NCBI GenBank assembly: GCA_043816785.1
Contig: JBDRHP010000030.1
Location: 1 to 13,485, forward strand
Length of the DNA: 13,485 nt
Direction: 5' to 3'
Origin: Candidatus Margulisiibacteriota bacterium
GTDB taxonomy: Bacteria > Margulisbacteria > WOR-1 > O2-12-FULL-45-9
Shown here: piece by piece, positions 6,282 through 13,485 of the stretch
Layout of the letters: the number at the start of each line of letters is the position of its first letter
Numbering within the stretch: the stretch's first letter is position 1
Translations under genes and position numbers: made by a program
Notes under the pieces: generated by a model
Database searches by the model: none
Told to the model about the DNA's origin: nothing
The model's input: the letters and a program-made list of their open reading frames with translations, nothing else

Positions 6282-7340
6282 ATGGCAGATTACATCAACC
6301 AGCTTGCCCTGCTCTGGACCGATCACCGTTATTTGATCGCCGGCACAGTTTTTCTGCTCTGGCTTATTCTGGGCTGGGTATTTGTAAAACTGGTCTTTGG
6401 CCTGGCCCATAAATTCAGCGAACGGACAAAAACCCATGTTGACACTGTTGTCTTAAGAGAAGCCCAGCTGCCCACCTGGTTAATATTAATTGTTGCCGGC
6501 TTTTTTGTGGTCTCCAGAACAGTTGGTTTCCCTAGCCGGATCATCCCCTACATCAACCGTTTTAGCCAGTTATCTGTTTCATTTTTAATCATTTACTTTG
6601 TCATCAGGCTGCTTCTAAATCTGCTTAGTCTTGGCGGCAAAAAAAATATTGGCCTAAAATACATGATGCCCACCTTTGCCCGTATTTCTAATATTATCGT
6701 CTGGGCTTTTGGCTTGCTGATGCTGATGGACATCTTTGGCATTTCCATAACTCCCGTACTTGCCTCATTGGGGATCGCTGGTTTAGCCATTGGCCTGGCC
6801 ATGCAAGACACTTTAAGCAACTTTTTCGCGGGCATTTACGTCCTGCTCAACCAGCCGGTCAGGGTTGGTGATTACATCGAGCTGGAGAACGGCCTGAAGG
6901 GTTATGTGCAATCGATCGGCTGGCGGGAAACCCGCATTCGCATGCTGCAAAACAACACAGTAATCGTACCTAACTCTAAGCTCTCCCAATCCATCGTTAC
7001 TAATTATTATTTACCTCAAAAAGAAATGGCCTGCTTAGTGCAGGTCGGCGTGAGCTACAATAGCGATCTGGAAAAAGTTGAGCAAGTAACAATTGAAGTC
7101 GGCAAACAAGTCTTGGAAAAGGTTTCTGGCGGAGTTAAGACCTTTGACCCTTTTATCCGCTACCACACTTTTAATGATTTTAGCATTAATTTTACAGTGA
7201 TCTTGCGGGTTTCGGAGTTCGTTGACCAGTATCTGCTGACCCATGAATTTATCAAGGCCCTGCATAAGCGCTATAATCAGGAAGGCATTGTTATCCCCTT
7301 CCCGATCCGGACTGTTGAAATGAAAGAGACCAATAAATGA
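6282..7340 (+). CDS. mscS: Small-conductance mechanosensitive channel (MscS family, with extra N-terminal TM helices)
   Basis: LASLGIAGLAIGLAMQDTLSNFFAG...PVRVGDYI...G.V..IGWRETRIR...VIVPNS; ends GIVIPFP. Confidence 0.93.
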   Translation: MADYINQLALLWTDHRYLIAGTVFLLWLILGWVFVKLVFGLAHKFSERTKTHVDTVVLREAQLPTWLILIVAGFFVVSRTVGFPSRIIPYINRFSQLSVSFLIIYFVIRLLLNLLSLGGKKNIGLKYMMPTFARISNIIVWAFGLLMLMDIFGISITPVLASLGIAGLAIGLAMQDTLSNFFAGIYVLLNQPVRVGDYIELENGLKGYVQSIGWRETRIRMLQNNTVIVPNSKLSQSIVTNYYLPQKEMACLVQVGVSYNSDLEKVEQVTIEVGKQVLEKVSGGVKTFDPFIRYHTFNDFSINFTVILRVSEFVDQYLLTHEFIKALHKRYNQEGIVIPFPIRTVEMKETNK

Positions 7341-8071
7341 AAGTGGAAAGAGCTAAAGAGCCGTTTTGTTTCATTACCTCCTCAATGCTGGTCGAGATCA
7401 CCGGCAAAAAAGCCCATCACCTTAAGGAATTTATCCAAATGCTCAAGCAGATCGACGAAAGCTCGATCTTTTACCATGTTCACCGGGTGTTCCGCGAATA
7501 CAGTTTCGCGCCCGGCCAGTATTCCAATGATTTTGCCCGCTGGGTAGCTGAGGACCTGGAAGAAGGCACCCTGGCTGAACAGCTGGCCTCGATCAACCTG
7601 CGGGATTATACTGATATCAATTCGCTGCGCGCCAAACTGGTTGATCTGGTGGAGAACTATCTGATGAACGCGGTTGAGATCCGCCGGGCGCCGGCCGGCC
7701 GCGAGTTTTATTTCCTGCGCAGCCTGGAAGTGATCATCCCAACCTCTCATACAGTCTGGACGCTCAAAGAATTTTGCGACGCGCTGAACCGCGTGGGCAT
7801 GCGGTCCCTTTACTATCATTTTTTTGACGCCCGGCTGCGGCTGGGGCACAAGACCAATGATTTTTCCAACTGGATCAGGACCAGCCTGGACAATGAAGAG
7901 CTGGCCCAAAAGATCGATGAGATCGACCCCTATTTCATGACCATGGACCAGCTAAAAGAAAAGATCATCAGCCTTTGCTGCGAAATAAAAGAGCCGTCCG
8001 TCCCTTCTCTGGCCACTTTATTCGTGCGGCTGGCAAAGCAATTTATGGGGAAGAAAAAATGGCCAAGATAA
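7337..8071 (+). CDS. DUF5752-family (OrfY-like) TreT-associated protein, internally duplicated
   Basis: Two repeats of F.F..S......T......LKEF...L......S..YH...NDF..W....L....LA; ATGA overlap with mscS; directly upstream of treT. Confidence 0.8.
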   Translation: MKVERAKEPFCFITSSMLVEITGKKAHHLKEFIQMLKQIDESSIFYHVHRVFREYSFAPGQYSNDFARWVAEDLEEGTLAEQLASINLRDYTDINSLRAKLVDLVENYLMNAVEIRRAPAGREFYFLRSLEVIIPTSHTVWTLKEFCDALNRVGMRSLYYHFFDARLRLGHKTNDFSNWIRTSLDNEELAQKIDEIDPYFMTMDQLKEKIISLCCEIKEPSVPSLATLFVRLAKQFMGKKKWPR

Positions 8072-9288
8072 AATTAAGCGATTACGCCAAGGTAGCCAGA
8101 CCGCAAAACATCGATGAGATCATGCTGCTGGCAGAACGCCTGCAGGGCAAAACCATCAAAATGGTCAATTCCACCAACACCGGCGGCGGCGTGGCTGAAA
8201 TGCTGCACCGCATCATTCCCCTCTACAACGACCTGGGGCTCAAGGTCAAATGGGACGTGATCAAAGGCAATAACGCCTTTTTTAACACTACCAAGGCCTT
8301 TCACAATGCCCTGCACGGCAAAAAAGAAGAGATCACCCAGGCCATGCTCGACGCGTATGTCGAGACCAATGAAGATAACTCCAAGGAGCTGACCTTTGAG
8401 GAAGACTATATCGTGATCCACGATCCCCAGCCAGCTGCCCTGATCAACCTTAAGGATAAGACCAAGGGCAAATGGATCTGGCGCTGCCACATCGATACCT
8501 CCCACCCCGATCCCCGGGTCTGGGATTTTCTTAACAAGTATGTCAGCCGCTACGACGCTTCGATCTTTTCCGCGCCCAGTTTTGCCAAGGAGCTGCCTAT
8601 ACCGCAGTACCTGATCTATCCCTCGATCGATCCTTTTGCCGACAAGAACCGCGAACTAAGCCAGTCGGAGATCAACGACGTGCTTAGAAAATATCAGATC
8701 CCCACTGACAAGCCGATCATTACCCAGGTATCGCGTTTTGATTATCTCAAGGACCCCCTCGGCATCTTTGAAACCTACAAACTGGTCAGGAAGCATGTTA
8801 ATTGCCGTTTTGTTTATGCCGGCGGAACAGCCAGCGATGACCCTGAAGGCACCCAAGTGCTGCATGAGCTTCAGGAAAGGGCGGCTAATGAGCCTGATTT
8901 CCACATCCTGCTCCTGCCGAATTTTGCCGATGTCGCAGTCAACGCGCTGCAGCGCGCCTCTACCATTGTCATGCAAAAATCCCTGCGCGAAGGTTTTGGC
9001 CTGACCGTGACTGAAGCGCTCTGGAAAGCAAAACCAGTGGTGGCCAGCGCTGTGGGCGGCATCCCGCTCCAGGTCATACCTAATTTTACCGGCGTGCTGG
9101 TCCATTCGGCTGAAGGCGCGGCATACCAGATCAGATATTTGCTTAACAACCCAGCGGTGATGAAAAAACTGGGAGAATACGGGCGCGAGCATGTGCGGGA
9201 AAAATTTCTGATGACGCGGACACTGCGCAATTACCTGCTGCTCTTCCTCTCCCTCCAGCATCCTGGTGAAGGCCTGATCAAGCTTTAA
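8059..9288 (+). CDS. treT: Trehalose glycosyltransferring synthase TreT (GT4)
   Basis: VNSTNTGGGVAEML, TKAFHNALHG, VIHDPQP, WIWRCHID, PSIDP, QVSRFD..KDP.G, DDPEG, QKSLREGFGLTVTEALWK. The start is moved from TTG 7975 to ATG 8059 (MAKIKLSDY), overlapping the end of the upstream gene. Confidence 0.9.
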   Translation: MAKIKLSDYAKVARPQNIDEIMLLAERLQGKTIKMVNSTNTGGGVAEMLHRIIPLYNDLGLKVKWDVIKGNNAFFNTTKAFHNALHGKKEEITQAMLDAYVETNEDNSKELTFEEDYIVIHDPQPAALINLKDKTKGKWIWRCHIDTSHPDPRVWDFLNKYVSRYDASIFSAPSFAKELPIPQYLIYPSIDPFADKNRELSQSEINDVLRKYQIPTDKPIITQVSRFDYLKDPLGIFETYKLVRKHVNCRFVYAGGTASDDPEGTQVLHELQERAANEPDFHILLLPNFADVAVNALQRASTIVMQKSLREGFGLTVTEALWKAKPVVASAVGGIPLQVIPNFTGVLVHSAEGAAYQIRYLLNNPAVMKKLGEYGREHVREKFLMTRTLRNYLLLFLSLQHPGEGLIKL

Positions 9289-9352
9289 TCTTTTGCCTCC
9301 TGACTGAAATTTCTCAACAACTTAAAGGATAATATCTTAGGAGGGAATTGTT

Positions 9353-10045
9353 GTGTTAATTGCCCCTATAGCTTTATTTTCGCAGATAGCTGCCGGCTCT
9401 GCCAAGCCAGCCTCAACACCTGCCCCGGAACCTATTGTGCTCACGGAAAACAGCAGCAACAATATTGATTATACGATCATTAGTTTCGATCCAGCCAGAA
9501 CAGATTTTGGAATCACCTTTCCTCAAGACACGGTTTGCGAAGAAGGCGTTCTGGTTTTCAACGGCGGTTTTTATGATGAAAACCGCAACCCGGAAGGACT
9601 GCTTATTTCCCAGGGCCAAGAGTTAGCTCCCTTATCCACAAAAGAGGTAATGTCCGGCATTTTGAGCATTAAAGACGGCCAAGTTAGTATTGTTAGAACA
9701 AGTGATTATTTACCCCGACCAGATGAAGATTTTGTTTTGCAATGCGGCCCTTTGATCATTGAACCAGGCGGCAGGCGCGGCATTCGCGGCAATGCCATGG
9801 CGGCAGAAAGAACAATCCTGGCAATTGATAAGGCTGGCCGCGCATATATTATTGTAATCAAAACCCCGATTAGCCTGTTTGACGCGCAAGAATTGCTGCT
9901 GAAAAGGGTTCCAAATATTGATGCCGCGCTTAATTTAGACGGCGGCCCTTCCTCCTTCTATTATTACAACCAGGATGATCAAGATTTTTCCTTTGGTTCC
10001 GCCAATTATCCAGCCTATTTCATTAATGTAACTCCTTCCCGCTAA
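9353..10045 (+). CDS. Phosphodiester glycosidase family protein (NAGPA/DUF2233-like)
   Basis: FNGGFYD, LQCGPLII, ERTILAID, ALNLDGGPSS; SD AGGAGG 9339-9344 before GTG. Confidence 0.85.
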   Translation: MLIAPIALFSQIAAGSAKPASTPAPEPIVLTENSSNNIDYTIISFDPARTDFGITFPQDTVCEEGVLVFNGGFYDENRNPEGLLISQGQELAPLSTKEVMSGILSIKDGQVSIVRTSDYLPRPDEDFVLQCGPLIIEPGGRRGIRGNAMAAERTILAIDKAGRAYIIVIKTPISLFDAQELLLKRVPNIDAALNLDGGPSSFYYYNQDDQDFSFGSANYPAYFINVTPSR

Positions 10046-10089
10046 CCTGTCCAAAAACCTTAATTTGACGCAAGAAATCAACTAATAAG

Positions 10090-10097
10090 GCCGATAA
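10090..10097 (+). promoter_or_regulatory. Possible sigma28-type -10 element
   Basis: GCCGATAA is an exact match to the FliA/SigD -10 consensus; CAAG lies 15 nt upstream, a weak match to TAAA. Confidence 0.35.
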
Positions 10098-10116
10098 TAT
10101 ACATAGGAGATCACCT

Positions 10117-11367
10117 ATGAGTGGCAACGACTATTTATCTGCAGTTTATACGCCAGCCTACACGCCCAACCAGGGTGTTTTTAACCCATGTCAGAATATG
10201 TGCTGTAATGAAAGTGAGGAAATTTCTGACCCGTATTTTGATGATCCTGCTGAAAACGCCCCGCCGGAAGACTTAAGCAATATTTCCCAATGGGAAAACA
10301 GCTCATTTAGCACTGGCAATGTTCGTTCAAGAATGGAATTTATTGTCTCTGCTTACAATCGCGCTCTGGAGAGAGGAGATGAAGGTTTTTCCCAGCGCTG
10401 TCAGATCCTGGCCATGGACGCAGCCTTATTCATTGAAAATAATGGCATGAACCGGGAATCCTTTGAAAGCTTGTTTACCCAGGTAGGCATCCATTTTCCC
10501 CGCAACCGGGGTCTTTCAGTTACGATCGGCCATGTTGCCGCCCTGCTGGTCCAGAACCCAAACGGCACTGCCCAGAAAATATACTCAAACCTAACTGACG
10601 ATGAACATAACCATGAGTATGTTAATGCCCAGGTTCAACTGAGCGCTACACCCGCCAGTCTTGGCCACGGATTAACCAGCACCAAGCTCTTGATCCAGTC
10701 CAATGACAATGACTCTAAAGAATTTTCCGGCATACTGGTCAGGGTCTCCCCGGATTCCTCAGCCCAGGCTGGTTATCTGGTCCAGCACATGTCCGGGCCG
10801 GTCGCTGCCCAGCAAGGTTATATTGTTTTTGCTGCGGCAAATTATTCAATTAATGAAGATATCCCGGCGTCACTGGCGATCGTTAACGGCCAGCCGGCCA
10901 ATCTTTACCAAAGCCCCACCATGGACGGCCTGGTGGTAATCGAGAATGGCCGACCCAGGATTGTCTCTGTTGATGACGTCGACGTTGGTGCAATAGTCGG
11001 GCAAACTTTAAGCAACAATGGGTCGCTTTTCCAGACAAACCTGCTGATCCACGGAGGTCAAAACATTGTGCCCGATGGCGCCAGCACGGAAACTGATGTG
11101 CGACGCGCCCTGGTTACTTTTCAGGATGGCAGTTATGGGATTGTTCAAATCAATGAGTATATTGATCTGTATGAATTTGCGGGGATGTTGTCCCAGATAC
11201 CGGGGATTCGCGAAGCAGTTAATCTAGACACCGGCGGTTCAAATGTTGGCGGATTTGTTGACTCCAGTGGTACATACACACCATTCGGCGATGGTGACGA
11301 GGGTTTTCCGGATGATTTATCTTCAGCTACGTTCTTTTTCGTCAGGCCCAGCTTGCCTAATACCTGA
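10117..11367 (+). CDS. Protein with uncharacterised N-terminal region and divergent C-terminal phosphodiester glycosidase (NAGPA-like) domain
   Basis: FQTNLLIHGG, VRRALV...YGIV, IDLYEFAGML, AVNLDTGGS; SD AGGAG 10105-10109. Confidence 0.7.
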   Translation: MSGNDYLSAVYTPAYTPNQGVFNPCQNMCCNESEEISDPYFDDPAENAPPEDLSNISQWENSSFSTGNVRSRMEFIVSAYNRALERGDEGFSQRCQILAMDAALFIENNGMNRESFESLFTQVGIHFPRNRGLSVTIGHVAALLVQNPNGTAQKIYSNLTDDEHNHEYVNAQVQLSATPASLGHGLTSTKLLIQSNDNDSKEFSGILVRVSPDSSAQAGYLVQHMSGPVAAQQGYIVFAAANYSINEDIPASLAIVNGQPANLYQSPTMDGLVVIENGRPRIVSVDDVDVGAIVGQTLSNNGSLFQTNLLIHGGQNIVPDGASTETDVRRALVTFQDGSYGIVQINEYIDLYEFAGMLSQIPGIREAVNLDTGGSNVGGFVDSSGTYTPFGDGDEGFPDDLSSATFFFVRPSLPNT

Positions 11368-12495
11368 TCAATCCACTATCGTCATCTTGACCTTAGCCAG
11401 CAGCCTGCCCTCATCCCGGCCGATTATTGTGCCAATATAGATGGCATTGCCAGCCAGATAGCCCATATCAGTTTGGCCGTTCCAGGTAACCTTATTAACC
11501 CCGGCTGAGCCGCCCTCGGTGCCGGCATCGCAGGTGAGCTTCTTGATGCGTTTACCAGTGGGGTCGATCAGATAGATATCAATATTAGCATCCATTGACA
11601 GCGTATACTGGATAGTAACTATTTTGTCCTTGGTAATACTGTAAGGGCTGGGATAGGTTAATGGCAGGCCAATCAGCCTCAACTCCCCGCCCATGACCTC
11701 AACAGCCGCCTGGGTAGAGGCTGCGGTAGCTGTGCCCAGCGCGCCAGAACTTGTGGCAGAGAACTCAAACGTATGGTCGCCTTCAGCCAGCGCGTCTTCA
11801 ACCGTGTATTCCAGGGCAAAGGAGCGGAGCTCTGCCGCGGCGGCAAATATTTTCTGAGACATATGCTGGGAAGATAAGGTCAATGCTTTTTCAGTGGCAG
11901 TCCCCGGATCAACAGTGATCGCGTAACTGCTGATGTCGGAAGCCAGGCTATAAGGTTCATCAATTGAGATCTGCACCTTGATATCAGGCTGGGCAGCAAC
12001 CACAAAGGGCCGATCCGGCCCATAAATTGCCGGCTGGTAAAGGCGGTTGCCAAACCAGACTTGAAATTGCGGCGCCGCCTCAGGCCCAGCCCCTGCCGGG
12101 TCTCCTGGCCCTGCCCCGTACGCCAGCAACATCGTATTCACTTCCTCAAAGCCTACGCCGGAGATCGTAACATCAACAGGATCAGCGCCATAGCCATCAT
12201 CACCTTGAATAATGGCAACCTTATAGGTTGTGCCAACCTCAAGGCCCAGCGGCCAGATATACGGGGCATTAAGCATAAATTGATTGCCGGAGATCACGCC
12301 GGTTGAAAAATTAGTGTTGTAGGTAGCGTCATCTTTGTAAAATACAACAGTGCGGCTGTCAGCCATAATACTGTTGACATCATTGACCGTTCCCACGATC
12401 CAGTAGGTGAATGGTCCAGGTGTTATAGTGGTTGCCTGGCTCATCACCGCGATGGCAAAAACAAATATTAGGCTAAGGAACAGTTTTTTGATCAT
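11368..12495 (-). CDS. Secreted protein with signal peptide and C-terminal FlgD-Ig / T9SS-CTD-like domain
   Basis: MIKKLFLSLIFVFAIAVMSQA signal peptide; C-terminal YPSPY...VTIQYTL...IDIYLIDPTGKRIKKL...G.NKVTWNG.TD.G...GNAIYI. Confidence 0.75.
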   Translation of the reverse strand: MIKKLFLSLIFVFAIAVMSQATTITPGPFTYWIVGTVNDVNSIMADSRTVVFYKDDATYNTNFSTGVISGNQFMLNAPYIWPLGLEVGTTYKVAIIQGDDGYGADPVDVTISGVGFEEVNTMLLAYGAGPGDPAGAGPEAAPQFQVWFGNRLYQPAIYGPDRPFVVAAQPDIKVQISIDEPYSLASDISSYAITVDPGTATEKALTLSSQHMSQKIFAAAAELRSFALEYTVEDALAEGDHTFEFSATSSGALGTATAASTQAAVEVMGGELRLIGLPLTYPSPYSITKDKIVTIQYTLSMDANIDIYLIDPTGKRIKKLTCDAGTEGGSAGVNKVTWNGQTDMGYLAGNAIYIGTIIGRDEGRLLAKVKMTIVD

Positions 12496-12496
12496 T

Positions 12497-13485
12497 TTAT
12501 TGATTGCTTAAAGTAATACTTACCTCTGTATCAACAGAGACCTGGACAGCATCTCCAGCGCTTAATGTAACATCAGTTAAAGCACTGATACCGGAAGTGT
12601 AGCTGGGAGCACCAGTATCATCAAAAGTTGCGCCCTTGAGCGTCATGCTGGACTCATCCCAGATGCCGATCGCTGTCACGGTAGTCCCAGATCCAGCTGC
12701 CTCGATCTGGTCTTTGAGTTCCTGAAGATTAGTAACCAAGTTTCCTTCAACGTAGGTCGAGCTGAACGGTATGATAACATCATTAACCCCGTACCCATTT
12801 TCAAGTTTATATAAGGTGAGTGCAAGCGACCAAACCTGAGCGCCAACCCCATCCCCAGCCGGGATTGTGAAGATCAGTTCGTCACCCCATGAACCTGTCC
12901 CCAAAGCGTTGGTTGCACGCGCCCGGGCAGCATAAGTATTTCCCATTATATAGTATGGATTGTTGGCATCAGTTTCAGCAATGCTTCCTGAACTATAAGT
13001 CCTGGTATCATTCCAATCTGGCGTATTACCAGGAGCTTGATCGATCTCATATTCAATTGAGTCGTAAGGATACCAGGTATTGGCATCGCTTGGATCCACA
13101 ACATAATTAATCCCGCCGGAATTTCCAGTATTGGTCGGGGAGACCACAAAAGAAGGCAAATAAGCAGTCACATTATCATCATAAGTTAAAGCATAGCCTC
13201 CTACAGATAGGCCAACACCCGTAGGAATTGATAATTTAAATTTACAGGTAATCGAAGAAACATCCTGCTCTTTTGGGTTATCTCCGGAACCTGAGGTGCT
13301 ATATCCATCGGAATGACCGAAATATTTATCATTGCCCACCCCATCCGGCCAAACCCTCAAGAAAATAGATTGATTATTATCTGATCCCCATAAATATTCA
13401 AATTCGCCATCAGCAACGTTGTCATCCCCAACTTGTTTCTCAGCAGCTAGTGTTTGTCCATTTAATGCGCCGCCAGAAAGAGGAG
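12497..13485 (-). CDS. Partial (5' end outside window) acidic beta-rich extracellular protein with an FN3-like segment
   Basis: The frame stays open from 13360 to the window edge (PLSGGALNGQTLAAEKQVGDDNVADGEFEYLWGSDNNQSIFLR...). It has the FN3-like YAARARATNALGTGSWG, is S/T/G/D-rich, and stops 1 nt before the next ATG. Confidence 0.75.
   Translation of the reverse strand, partial: PLSGGALNGQTLAAEKQVGDDNVADGEFEYLWGSDNNQSIFLRVWPDGVGNDKYFGHSDGYSTSGSGDNPKEQDVSSITCKFKLSIPTGVGLSVGGYALTYDDNVTAYLPSFVVSPTNTGNSGGINYVVDPSDANTWYPYDSIEYEIDQAPGNTPDWNDTRTYSSGSIAETDANNPYYIMGNTYAARARATNALGTGSWGDELIFTIPAGDGVGAQVWSLALTLYKLENGYGVNDVIIPFSSTYVEGNLVTNLQELKDQIEAAGSGTTVTAIGIWDESSMTLKGATFDDTGAPSYTSGISALTDVTLSAGDAVQVSVDTEVSITLSNQ

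Noticed and set aside
7975..8058. Longer TTG start for treT
   Set aside because: It would overlap DUF5752 by 97 nt with non-family sequence; ATG 8059 fits TreT length and translational coupling.
7382..9261. Long antisense ORFs 7382-7909, 8074-8505, 8656-9261, 8871-9230
   Set aside because: Shadows of well-supported plus-strand genes in GC-richer DNA; no recognisable motifs.
13358..13360. TTG start for the last CDS
   Set aside because: The frame is open to the window edge, so the true start lies outside.

Overview
Bacterial chromosomal window of roughly 45% GC by eye. The gene style tentatively suggests an uncultured lineage such as Saganbacteria/Margulisbacteria; this cannot be verified from the sequence alone. 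Left part (1-4050): an intact four-helix-bundle (23S rRNA IVP/Avd-like) gene, a YgjP-like metallopeptidase, a YchF paralogue whose Walker A, switch I and G3 motifs are all degenerate, a PAS-PAS protein with no output domain, a second 5'-truncated four-helix-bundle gene missing from the ORF track, and tRNA-Glu(CTC). The intergenic DNA here is dense with hairpins built from degenerate 7-8 nt repeats and with short palindromes. Middle (4051-9288): a five-gene trehalose/osmoadaptation cluster otsA-otsB-mscS-DUF5752(OrfY-like)-treT. Right part (9353-13485): two tandem phosphodiester-glycosidase (NAGPA-like) genes with a shared upstream motif, converging on two secreted-type proteins, one with a FlgD-Ig/T9SS-CTD-like C-terminus and one running off the window. 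The best leads are the putative pseudo-ATPase YchF, the four-helix-bundle genes with repeat hairpins around the tRNA, and the cluster joining two trehalose pathways with a channel. All family assignments come from motif recognition; no searches were run.
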